DNA of 63,574 bases, filler included, from Choristocarpus tenellus KU-1152 (Eukaryota; Protista; Phaeophyceae), in the NCBI GenBank assembly GCA_964200185.2. It is 13 parts of 13 records of this genome, joined end to end, with 100 filler letters (N's around TTAATTAATTAA, not from the genome) between each part and the next. Parts side by side here need not be neighbours in the genome. Positions count along the whole stretch, not along the records: positions 52,069 to 60,773 come from CAXNAD020004428.1; positions 60,874 to 63,574 come from CAXNAD020025511.1; 11 more parts are not named here. The stretch is one strand, 5' to 3'. Every line of letters starts with the position of its first letter. The stretch's first letter is position 1. Below are positions 52,260-63,574 of the stretch, piece by piece. The position numbers were made by a program, and so were the translations under genes. The notes below the pieces were generated by a model. The model saw only the letters and a list, made by a program, of their open reading frames with translations, searched no databases and was not told the DNA's origin.

Positions 52260-52937
52260 GTTTGAGCCAGTGATGAAGTGAGCTGCCAATTGTGAGGACC
52301 ACTTCAGCGAGCTTGGTGGAAAGTTGGTTGAACTTAGTGTGCGATTACTGGCGTTGAAAACTGGCGTTGATTTCCCAGATCTTCGCTTGTTTCCTTGGGG
52401 TAAAGTCCAACAGCTGTCAAGCTCGTGCTTGTGATTTCAGATAGAGGGTGTTTATTTCCCCTGTCTAACTGTTCTTTGAAGCGTGCCCATACCCGTCTAG
52501 CATGTTTCTCTCCCACTCCAAACTCTTCCGCCAATTTAGACACCATACCCCTCAGGAGGCTCTCATGACCAGGAAGAAGAGCCAACGCGTAACGCAGAGC
52601 AAGTGCAGTCCGACCTTCCTCGGTCAGGTCGCAGTCTTTCCCCGAGATGGTGGGCTTTGTGTCAGGGAAGATGAGCAGTGGGGGCTCGCCATGGGGGTTG
52701 TGAGAGTGTTGTGTTGCTTCACCGTGAAGCAGCAACATAATAAATAAGCCGAATATGTCCCATTCTGTGTCGCATTATTTCGGAACCATTGCAGAGTGGA
52801 ATTCTTTGTTGAATTCTTTGAAATTTAGTTGTTCGATGTAAAATATTCCAAGGAATCCAACACAAACGTCCGATTTGTACCGGAGATCATCCCGAAGAGC
52901 TACAACTTAACTGATCAAACTTAAGCGACAGAGGGAG
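52260..52937 (-). mobile_element. 5' end of a DD39D mariner with a Stowaway-type terminus
   Basis: Minus strand TA|CTCCCTCTGT terminus at 52937, then an N-terminal HTH-like frame (LLRGMVSKLAEEFGVGEKHARRVWARFKEQ). Confidence 0.75.
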
Positions 52938-53131
52938 TACCCTCTTGCGACCATATATCGCTTTGTTACTGGTGGCTACTCACAATTGCTGATTTTTTAA
53001 TTTTTTCTACAAAACTACAGTTGCCTTAAATCGAAAACAAATCTTATTGGATAGTTCTTGAAAGTAAGGAATTTAACTGTGTTTCCAATCGAATCAAAGA
53101 GGAAAAAGGGATGAAGTACGAATCTCATCTA

Positions 53132-54794
53132 CAGTAAGGGTCCCACTTTAGTGCTGCCCGGAATAGTTCATGTCCCGCAACAGTGCGGTTAAAATCGCTT
53201 GGCACGACTTCGGTCCCTCCATAGTGCGGTTAGGGGGTCATGATGACCATGATAGTGCGGTCACCACATATTCTCTCTCTACACACCATACACACAGAGA
53301 GAAAACCTGTCATACTGTACTACAGCAGTACTACTGTTGTGCAGCAGTAGGCGTGTACCACGCGATGCCCTGTGGTGCAGGTGAGCTATGCCTGTTTCCC
53401 GACATGACCCCAAAAGAACCTAACGGCCATGTACGTCAAGGAGGGTGTGGTGGCCGGTGGTGAAGTGGAGCCGGAGAGCAGCAACCAATTGCACCGCATC
53501 TGCCCCACATGCGTTGCTGCCAAGCAGTCTGCCAAGCAGTCCTCGCAAGCTGCCACGGGCAAGCGCAAACTTGGTGCGGCATCTTTCTTGGGAGGGCCTG
53601 GAGCCGCCAAGAAAGCAGCATGCACGTCCTGCGGACGGCTGACTCTGGGGCAGAAGCTGGAAGTTGTGGAGCTGCAGGGCCAAAAGGTTACTCACACCAA
53701 GATAGCTGCTGGGCTCACGATTGGGCAACGGTAGAAGACCAGGAGGCTCTGGAGCTCGACAGGGTGGAAGAGGTTACAGAGTATTTAAACAACATGTACA
53801 TGCAAGAGGTACCCGAAAACGTGTCCAACGATGAAAAAGAGGGCAGGGAAGATGACTCCGGGAGACGTGAAGTTGAGGTGCCTCCACTTTATTCGGAACT
53901 TTCTTCCCACTTCCATCACTTGGAGACCATCGCCAAGAAATGTGGCATGCAGGAGGCCGCTTTCCACCTACAGAAGGCCAGGATGGCAATGATCAACGCG
54001 CATGCCTCTAAGCCTGTACAAAAGACAGACGTTAGAGCCTTTGCGAGCCTACCAGAGAGGGATATGTAGTGGAGAGCGGGGTGGTAGTGGTTCAGTGTCT
54101 TAATTCCAGCTGTAATTTGTCTTGATTTTCAGGTGTATCGCTGGTGGTCCTGTTCGGTTACGGTTCGGTGTAGAAGCGACGAGTAGGCTCGGGCACGGGC
54201 AGTCAGTCCTCCTGCTCTGCGCTCTGACGCGTGGTGGATTTTGAGTGAGGTTTGCGGTGATACGAGTACAGTATGAATCGATCGTCATCAGGGCTCTGAG
54301 CATGAGCCGTACTCTGAAACGTATTGTGTATTGCAATGATATGCGTGAGATACAACAACACTACAGCAAGACCATACTGCTGTTATTCCCTTTCTGGATA
54401 CAGTATGTACTGTACAGTACTGCTGTACATTGCCCAGTACCAGTCTATGTGATATGACACAATGTGCATGGTACGGAATGCGTTGCCACAAACACGACAG
54501 TTACAGCTTCATACAGCAGTACAGTATCCGAAACAAGCAGCAGCGACCATCCTCTCATCACACTCCATATTATCCACGTGGCCGCACAAATTGTTTTTGT
54601 GCGGTAGGCGATACTGCCGTACCAGGTATGTGTTTACCGGGTGTCATTACTCTGAAATACGCGCGTATGTGGATGATTTCCTCGAATAGTGCGGTGAGTA
54701 CACTATCAGGAACGTTAACGAATAGTGCGGGGTCCTGCAATAGTGCGGTAAATACTTCTTGTCACTACACCGCACTAAAGTGGGACCCTTAATG
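53132..54794 (+). mobile_element. Internally deleted pogo/Tigger-like DNA transposon with intact TIRs
   Basis: TA|CAGTAAGGGTCCCACTTTAGTGC ... GCACTAAAGTGGGACCCTTAATG|TA (22/23 match) with repeated AGTGCGG subterminal motifs. A CENP-B/psq-like HTH (LTLGQKLEVVEL...KIAAGLTIGQ) is joined out of frame to an acidic C-terminus. No DDE domain. Confidence 0.9.
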
Positions 54795-56374
54795 TATCTT
54801 CATATTATTAATATTTCAACTCTCATGAATTAATAATGTACCCAAGTCGGACCAAACATAGAGGTGGGCAGACCCTCCATTGTTCTCGAAGCAATTGGTA
54901 CGCAGAGAGGGGGTAAGGTAAGTTGAAGTTCAATGATGGTCAGTATGGATTAAAAGTGATACAGAAAGAATAATTCCTATTGTGTGCATTGAGCACGTCT
55001 CAGTGCTGGAGCCATGTTGTAAAATTATTTTTTTCGAACCAGTCCTTTATTAATGGTGTACTGCGGAGGTACCCGAATCTATTGTTTGCCTAGGTGCAGT
55101 ACAAAACACTGGACTTGGTTTTGTGTACATCAAGACCGATGCTTTGAGTCAACGCGCGACACATGATATAGTACTCTACAACTGTTGAGTTCACCTTTTG
55201 CGCATACTTCAACATAGTCCATATAAAACTAAACGAAGAATGAGGAAACGTAAATAAACCCAGCAAAACAATCCGTTGAAGAGACTTCAATAAAAGATCA
55301 ACCAGTACACCCTTGTATCACATTGGGAGTACAGAAAGTAAGTGCCAGGATCGATACATAGAATCAACTGCTTTGGGGACCAACTTCATGACTCCACCCA
55401 TATCTGTTTATGAGGAGGATTGAAAGACAACAAATCATCACTAATAAAAATACGAGCAAAAAAATAAATGTACAACATGAAATTGATCATGCAAGAAGGG
55501 AGAAAATTGCTCCTTGATTGGATCATTCCATGCCTAGAGCGTCCAATCGCTCAACAGCAATGAATCCTGCAGATATTTGCTGACTTACGGAGGCGTTTAA
55601 TCCTCTCTAGTTAGAGTCACTGAGGGAGAAACCCATACTGGTGTAATGTGAATATTGTTTGAACTACAGCATGCGAGGAAAAAGTGTTGATTTGATACTG
55701 TTCCAGGCTACTATTCTGAGTAAGTCAACGGTACATCATCAGGAGAAAATCTATGGTTCCATGCAAGCGGAATTTTCTGATAACGGCAGAATCTGCACGG
55801 AGAGCACAACTATACATCAATACAGAACTACAACTATTAACATTATGTGAATACTTTTCCCAAAGCACAGAGCTGCAGGTGGGACTCCTTTGTGTTTTTC
55901 GAGGTTAGCGAATGTGGTAATGGATTTTTGTGGTGACTTATACATCAACTGGGCTGTACCATATTCATATGAATGCTCTCCTGATTCACGAACAGGTTAT
56001 CCCAAGTTCTCTAGTTAACAGAGGCTCATCAATGGGGGCATCTGCTGTAAGCAGGAAGAGCGGAAAATTTGGGACCCCCATTCTTACTCACTCATTGCAC
56101 ATTCGTTGCCTATCGGAACCTCGACAGAACTATTCAAAGACTCTGGGGCCACATACAATAGTTCAGCCATTTGCACTTCTTGTCAGTCCTCTCTTGTGCA
56201 TTTAGCCGGTGGGTACAGATGGTACAATAGAGTACTAGCAGCAGGGGTCTGTTACTACGTAACCTAACGCACATGTGATCCAGGCTTGTGGTGCTCTTAT
56301 CACAGAGACTGCATTACAGTCCAAAGTGGGGACCAGCAAAACACTGACAAGCCAAGGCAGCCAGGAAATAGGAG

Positions 56375-57789
56375 TCAAAATAATAATTTCAGCAATTTTG
56401 ACTTGCTCCGGAACTTCTTACCACCTTTTCTCTCTTCTCTGTAATACTCTACGGACTCATTCTTATCTTCCAGCATTCCATCTCTAGATGATAAAGTACA
56501 ATCCCTTGATCCCTTCCCAGTATCAGCTACCCCTTGTTTGTCACCTCTGTTTTTTGTGTTACGATTCACCCTTCCCTTCCTCCCCTTGCTCTTTCCCATC
56601 CCCCCACCCCCTGGAAACTCACTCCCTACTCCTGTTTCTAAATTTCCACAGTCTATACTGTCACTCTTGTCCCCTCCGTGGCCTTGTGAAGTACCTTTAC
56701 ACCCCAGCTTGGATGTTTCCCCCTCTGTTTGCTCATCCGCCCCCCCCATTGATGCTACTCCATCCCAAGTATATTTCCATCTACTCTCACCATCATCCCT
56801 TCCCTCTACCTTGCTCCCTTTATCTGACTTTGAACCCTGTCGTGTGCTCTCATTCCCAAGCACGAAGGGAGAGGGATCCACTATTGCCCTCGCTGTGACA
56901 CATGCACTGACAAAATCCTGGCGGACCAAAGCAGGAATACCATCCAAGTGAAATGGGCGACAACCAAGCAGAAAACGAGAAAATTTGGTTGATGTGTTGA
57001 TGTTTCCAAAATATGGGGGAGTAGAAATGTAGAAGAAGGTGGTTACATGAAGGAAGGTAGAGGGCAGCTCAGATCCACCCAGGTTACAGGTACTATTTAT
57101 TTCCTGTTCTTGTTTTGCCTCATACTGGAACCTGTCCAATATACAATTGGATGGAAAGAAACAAAGAGTTTAACATGTTCGTCATAGTAAGCTTCTTCAC
57201 GAAATCGATATCATCCCATGGCAAGCGTAGCAGACGCAAGAGAACGGACGTAGCCATCAAGAACTGGTTTGTCTCAACAATTTTGAGACATCCTGAACAT
57301 GCTATGGACTGATGTCTATGGTTGACAACAGACTAGGCTTAAAAGGAAGCATGTGAGATAACCCTGTCTAGCACCTGCGAAACCAGGAGACATCCATACT
57401 TAATGGCCTTCCGGATTTTCTGGGTGCTGCGTCTCAAGGCGATCGGTGTGCAAATCACGAAGGACACTCGCTTGTGGATGATGCCTGATACCTGCCAAAG
57501 ATATGCGGAGGTTTTGACAAGAGGCGAGAATCGCTTTTGGTGTTTTGAATTGACCAAAAAAGGACACTAGAAAATAAGCCCTCCCACGCGCCGAGAGGCT
57601 ACTCTGCATCGGTTGCATTTCCAATCAGGAGAGGACGTACAAATGAATCAAATTTGATACGAGGGAGATCTATGTCGCTGTCATCTGCCCTACCTCTCCG
57701 CCATGCGACCTTAGAGTGGACTCCAGTGATTTTCTCGGTAGCTCTCCAGTCAAGCCGAATACGAGTCCCCGAAAGAACGCAGTACTCAT
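56375..57789 (-). CDS. Single-BRCT-domain protein (~251 aa), exons 57789-57694, 57491-57375, 56917-56375
   Basis: Phase-0 splicing gives MSTAFFRGLVFGLTGELPRKSLESTLRSHGGE|VSGIIHKRVSFVIC...TQKIRKAIKYGCLLVSQ|DFVSACVTARAIVDPSPFVL, a BRCT pattern, followed by a G/K/E/S low-complexity tail. Confidence 0.8.
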
Positions 57790-57969
57790 TATATCACACA
57801 ATATCCTCCTTATTCTACTACCTCACAGTACAGTACCACCCAACCAACAAAACGAAACCCCAGACCAACGCCTCCAACCTAACATGTACCCCATTTCAAT
57901 GATTTATAGATTCTTGTTTGGACCCTTGCACAGAACCTACGTGGGTTTCTTCGCTGCCACCTGCCCTTG
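57790..57969. promoter_or_regulatory. Putative bidirectional promoter
   Basis: Only 180 bp separate the divergent ATGs at 57789 (-) and 57970 (+). Confidence 0.55.
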
Positions 57970-60740
57970 ATGAGGATGACTATGTTAACCCTTATATCCA
58001 TTTTAAGCCTTCTACAGCAGGCTAATGCATTTTGGGTGGGGCCTGCAGGGATTGTAACTGGTCGGACGACCCAGGGACTTTTAATGTCTTCGACCATAGG
58101 ACACGATGGGACTGCCCCTGAAGTATTTTGGTGCGGTTATGTAACACGAACGTCACATATACAATCTTTCTAGGGATTCTTGGCCATCAGTTTCGTACCT
58201 AATGTGATGGCGGTGCAATACGCAACCAACTGCTGATAGTAGGCTTGTGGGGAAGGACGATATTGTTGTTACAACAAGATTCCCAAGAATATTTTGGTGC
58301 TCAGGCTGACACCTGTGTATAACCTCATGTTCAGTGTTAAAATTGGTTAAGTGGCTTATTTGCCATCCCCTTCCTCTCGAAAACCTGCTCCTTGGCTCAT
58401 TTTCCCCTACCCTACTTCCTAGGGGATCCCTTGTGTACAGAGTAGAACGTCTCACCAATGTGCAAAACCTGATGGTCGCGACTCGTCTACAGTTCTTTAC
58501 GTGTGTCATACTCCCCCCCACAACTATCCTTCGCAATGCCCTGATCTTCTGAGCACCGGCCTACTCTTTCCACGGCGTCTTTCCAACCAAACCGCATTTT
58601 TCTGAAGTCACGGCGAGCTCCTCTTTGACTGCATCGCGCTCCCATCCGCGGCTGGTTGGGGTTTGGAGAAGCTTGTACAGAAGAAAGCCTGGCATCCCTA
58701 CCCTGGCGGGGCACCTGCCAATGTCGCATGCGCCCTCTCCAAGCTTGGGGTCTCAGCGGGGTTCTTGGGGGCGGTCGGAAATGACGAACATGGTGAGTGT
58801 GCAGATGGCTGTTAAAGAATCGAGATTATGTGCGTGTAACCTCCCATCCTTTCCCTCACGGATCCTTTTTCTTGCGTCTAATGATGGGATAGAAGAGATT
58901 AAGCTGGGGGTGGAAGGGGACATTGTAGATGTTGTACAAGTACATTTGCGATGTCACGTCGCAAGCCAGATTCCGATTCCCTATCATCCACTGCCGATAA
59001 GGTGGAAGCTCATGAATTTCCTAGGCAATCCGTTGCAATCATTTATCCCTTTCTCCCTCCCTCTTCGCTCTCAACCCCATCTCCTCTCCACCTAACAATA
59101 CATGCTTTCCACTGTAAAAGGGGAGGAGCTGGTGAGTGTGTTAGATAGGTGTGGAGTCAATACAGAACTGGTGGAGAGGGTATCGGGAGCTGCCACCCGA
59201 ACTGTTATGGTGACAAGAACCCGACTAGGGGAGAGGTCGTTTGCTGGATTTGGGGGGGGTGGGCTGTCGGACAAATTTGCTGACTGTCGCCACTGGTGAG
59301 ACTATGTCAGTATCTCATAAGGTGTTCAGTCTAGAAGGGGGCAGGCCTGGTGTCTTGGCCTAGTCATGTATTGATACATACAAAGCTGATTTGGCCAAGA
59401 AATCAAAGATCCTACTTTGCAAGAATACTTGTTCTCAGAACAATATAGTCTCTCCTCAGGTGATCTGAGTGCTGTTCCCTGTTACCAGGGAAACTCAATG
59501 ATTTGCTGAATGCAATTTGCATGTGACCTGTGGTTGGTTTTCTGGCAGTGATACAACATTTCAACCCTTCTATGAGATGTATCTCAAAATTTGTGCCGCT
59601 TGCATGTACTTCCAGAGCTCGTATTTTCAATCCAGTTCTTTTTTTTTTGCAAGACCCTTCCCTAGCTGAGCATGAAGATGGGATTCTCAGTTGGTTGCCA
59701 TGAATCACTTACTCTATCTGAGTTCATCATCAAGCATGAAATAACTTCAAACTGGTGTAGGCAAAGAGCTACCTGAACAAATTATCTTTTGATAATAACA
59801 GTGTGTGTGTGTCTTGATATGTTACGCTCTTCCTTTTGGTATGCCTGGAGAAAGTGGCATGAAACACATCGTTTCACTTTGTCTTATGAAAGAAACGCAT
59901 CTCAAGCCGACTTTCGACTTCAAATCAGGAAGTGCTCTTTGACATGTCGTTTTGCCAGTAGCAGCTTGGCGACGGTGGAAATTCATGTAGTATTATATGT
60001 ACGGTCTCTGTCAAAGAATCAGTTCAGTTGGAATTTTAAATACTTGTAAGAGTAAACAAAAGGATTTCGATGTGATCGATACGGATGCGTATTCAATCCG
60101 AAATTTTGAAACTCTTGTTTTCTTTTTTACAATTGGATCCCTCTGCTATCGAAAATAGTATTCATAGTAGGAACTTCGGATGGGTACCAACTGTGTCGGT
60201 GATTTACTCTCTACTTAGATCTCAAGGTGTTGTCAAATACAAGAAGAAAGCGCAGAAAAAAATTTTGAGCATGGAAAAAAAAAAATGAAACCCTTTGCGC
60301 AAAGTAATATATAGCATGGTATTAAATGAGTGTTTTTGAAGCTCTTGACAACAAAGGATGCAAAGAGACAGGATATCACGATGTGATACATGTACCTTAT
60401 TTTATCACTACAATTCAGGAGAGGTACACATTCTTCCTACACGCACTACGTTTTCATTCAATGTAACTGTCGGTGCTACCTCCATTGAGATGCGACCCTC
60501 GATCGCACATGTGCACTGGCACGGTTGTTGTACCTCACTCTATTGTGTTAATCTGTCTTATTGTGTCTCCTGTCTGCTTCCACTGGATGCCACTCAACCC
60601 TTTGCCCTTCCAGTGTTGAGCAGTATCGAGATGACGTGATGACTAGACTTCGACCTGGATCGTGGCTTGTCCAGGGTACCCTTGGCCTGGCATACGACAG
60701 CTCGTTTGAGAGTCACAAACTCATGGCAGAATGGCAAGAG
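57970..60740 (+). CDS. Plastid-targeted PfkB-family carbohydrate kinase (fructokinase-like), 5' exons 57970-58130, 58608-58792, 59121-59295, 60614-60740
   Basis: Signal peptide ending ANA-F, then VFCHGELLFD, YPGGAPANVACALSKLG...FLGAVGNDEHG (PfkB signature 1), TRTVMVTR..GERSFAGF, FAD, LVQGTLGLAY. All phases match. 3' end lost at the linker. Confidence 0.9.
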
Positions 60741-61983
60741 GTGTAGGGTTATGGGTTGTACACAAGGGGGTGGNNNNNNNNNNNNNNNNNNNNNNNNNNN
60801 NNNNNNNNNNNNNNNNNTTAATTAATTAANNNNNNNNNNNNNNNNNNNNNNNNNNNNNNNNNNNNNNNNNNNNGTGCATACACGTGTGAGAATGGGAGGT
60901 CATTTTTGTTGTGAGAGAGGTGGGGGGGGGGGGATGTTTTATTATTGACAAAGAAGGGTATGTATTCATGTGTGTGTGTGTGTTTGTGATGGATTTGGAT
61001 GGTAGATTGCAGTGTCCTGTTGAAGCCAAGCCAGAATGATAACAACGGCGATGGGACGATGTTTCAATTTGGTGCAAAGCGGCATAGAATGTGTTCTGAA
61101 TTTGACAGCAGTGTATGAGTAATACTGAAGAAATGCAATTGACTTCAGTTAGTCATACCTAACCCTAACCCCAATCCAAAACGAACACCACACGAGTGTT
61201 TTTTAATTTATTTTGGGGGGGACTTTTTTTCTTCTTTCACTCCTTGTATAATTCGACCTGCGATGAATATATTGCCTGGGATTGATTTTTTGTCTTTTTT
61301 TTATTTATTCCCAAAAAAGTAGGAAGATTTCCATCGACCCCAAGTGTTGAGGGACGGGTATGACAGTATGTCCTTTGTTGTGATTGAATTACCTTTGATA
61401 TACTTTCTGTATACCTATGTATATCCCCCTTTTTTTTCTTTTATAGTTTATAATATATATTTTATTTTTGTAGCAGTTTTTTTTGTTCCCCCCGTGGTGT
61501 TCCATTTGTGTGGACCCTTCCACAGCCTGTAGCACAATGATCCTCTGGAGAGTCATGAGCGCATATCTCTGGTACATGAGTGTGGGTTATTTTCATTAAC
61601 GTTATTATTATCATTATTGTTATTGTTATTATCTAGTGCCTGGCACAGTTCCTCCGTGTTTTTTGTTTGTTTGTTTGAGGCGTCTTGTGAAATTAATATT
61701 TTTTTTCCATTCGTGAATGAGACCAATGGGGAAACCAACCCTCCAAATAATTGTTGTTCCAAATTTGTCGGCGTAGCTCTCCCCCCCCCCGCCTTGATCT
61801 CTTTCGATCTGGTGTCATCTGGTTTCGAGATTTTATGTTCTTCAAAAAAATAAACTTCATTTTTTCTACTATTTCATCCCAGGACGGTCGTAGGCGTTTG
61901 GCCCTCACACAATGCTTAGATCATCAAAACGCTTCAGTTTTTTATAGTAGTAGAAAAACACCACAATTTATTGCTGGTTTGGA

Positions 61984-62196
61984 GAGTTCAAGTCTCTTGT
62001 TTTCCTTTCTTTTTTTACATTAGTAGTAGTGGTAGTAACACTGCAATTTGTTCGTAGTGTGGTTAGTTCAAGTCTCTTGTTCTCCTTTCTTTTTTTACTT
62101 CAGTAGTAGTGGTAGTAGTAACACTGCAATTTGTTCATGGTGTGGTGAGTTCAAGTCTCTTGTTCTCCTTTCTTTTTTTACTTAAGTAGTAGTAGT
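61984..62196. repeat. ~80-bp tandem repeat x3 (intronic)
   Basis: agttcaagtctcttgtt.tcctttcttttttac...agtagtagt at ~61984, 62064 and 62147. Confidence 0.9.
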
Positions 62197-62263
62197 ATTT
62201 TATCTGTGATGTATGAAGTGCAGTGATTTTTTTCCTATAATATTTTTTTTTCTTGTGGTGCAG

Positions 62264-63574
62264 TACGAAGTGGAGGAACTTTTCTGTTTGTCCGGATGGG
62301 TACCTTCTGGAGGGTAGATGCTTCCAATCAGTGTCGGACCTCATCAAGTGGTTCAAGAAAAATGCCCACAAGCTTGCCCCGCCTAAGCAGGTGAAAGATT
62401 GTATGTGTGATTCTGGTGTGTGTGTGTGTGTGTGTGTGAATCTCTGCGTACTATCGAACCATCTCTATTTTGTATGGGTTTTGGAGTGGGCAGTGGACCT
62501 CAGATTAGCATTGTCAGGTCTTCTCACCAGTCCATTTTCTGGTGTAGGTGTAAGTGTTTGTAGGGTTTTAATGTTCCATGTGTGATGAGATCGTCTATAC
62601 TAACTACGGTGTGGGAGTGTTATCTGGTTCTGGTTCAAACACATCATGAACCAGAACACATCAATCTCATTCTGAACCTCGAGAGTAGTTCTCACCTTGG
62701 GGTACCTCAATATGCAGGATGGAAAAGAAGATTTGTTTTTATTTTAAATGTTATCTTTGGTAAAGGGTTAGGGAACAGAGCAGCATGGGTAATGTGATGT
62801 GTCCGTGTGGGGTCGTCCATGGCGTTTAAACGAGTTTTTTTTTTACCGTTGAACTGAAAAATAAAATATATTGTGTATGCATATATACATGTGTTAGAAA
62901 AGTAGTAGAGTATTAGGGTAAGGGTTAAAGAACTATTTTAGTCATAGTGACAGTGTGATGTGATTGGCAGGCTATTTCCTCCTGAGTATGAAGTACTCCA
63001 GAGTAGGAAGATGTAAGATTGGATTGGTGCATGAAAATGTTTGGTAAACAGATTAGTGTGATTGTACTAGTATGCCCTTGTGTGCAAGAGATCGAACAGA
63101 GGGTTTTGAACCTTTGGTGAGGATGAAGATATGTACAGTGAGACTTGATGTCTGTTTTGAGTACTCTACTACACACTGCTGTATTTTGTGTATCTGTGGC
63201 TAACTGGCTCAAAAGAAGTCCTTTACCTTCAATCTCTTACGGTTGCATTGATTCCCCCTCCCCCTGACTTGATATCTAAGTCGACACATGACAGCTCTCG
63301 CCAGCAAGGAGCTGGGGCTGGGCAGGGCAATCAATCTGTGGGGCAGGGGCAAGGCCAGCAAGGTGGACTACCATATCCACCTCCACCACCACTGCCACCA
63401 CAGTCACAGGACCAACATCAAGGCTACGGGGCACCGCCCCAGTACAATGGGGGCTATGGTGGTGTGCAGGAGGTGTATGGACAGCAGGGGGGATTCTATG
63501 ATCCCAGTGGTAGAAGAGGAGGTGGCAGTTATAACGGATGGGGGCAGGGGGGAGCAGGATATGGAGGTGGGGGG
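62264..63574 (+). CDS. SPT6: Probable SPT6 3' exons (62264-62390, end of tandem SH2; 63281 to window end, G/Q/Y/P-rich tail)
   Basis: FSVCPDGYLLEGRCFQSVSDLIKWFKKN resembles the Spt6 C-terminal SH2 end (..PxGf.....F..v..Li.wFK). Phase-0 join to an open Gly-rich exon. Confidence 0.65.

Noticed and set aside
56918-57139. 5' extension of the 254-aa minus ORF, including GIPALVRQ
   Set aside because: Splicing 57375 to 56917 gives a clean BRCT domain, so the extension is best read as an open intron.
9263-60873. Regularly recurring TTAATTAATTAA motif, and apparent gene clustering across the window
   Set aside because: It is an artificial linker inside N-runs. The contigs cannot be assumed adjacent, so no cluster can be inferred across them.

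Overview
Eukaryotic nuclear DNA, most consistent with a repeat-rich photosynthetic heterokont (brown-alga-like). Clues are short GT-AG exons in long introns, a signal peptide plus 'ANA-F' bipartite plastid presequence, and scattered TTAGGG repeats. The window is not one locus: 13 contigs are joined by 12 artificial 100-bp linkers (44N-TTAATTAATTAA-44N), so neighbours across linkers mean nothing. I rebuilt spliced genes by reading frame and phase: the 3' part of an OCRL/INPP5B-like inositol 5-phosphatase, the 5' part of a GT54/MGAT4-like glycosyltransferase, a tandem-DOMON protein, a complete 3-exon BRCT protein head-to-head with a plastid-targeted PfkB kinase, the probable 3' end of SPT6, and a few orphan exons. 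The rest is mostly decayed mobile DNA: Copia pieces, a CRE-like non-LTR end, DD39D mariner relics, an internally deleted pogo with intact TIRs and an abundant ~260-bp MITE family. I found no convincing multi-gene novel system. The most unusual signals are (i) about half of the reconstructable 3' splice sites being AAG rather than YAG, (ii) a triplicated decayed Ulp1/SUMO-protease-like module, and (iii) a MITE copy whose two TIRs both carry telomere hexamers. All family calls come from recognising motifs by eye, not from database searches.
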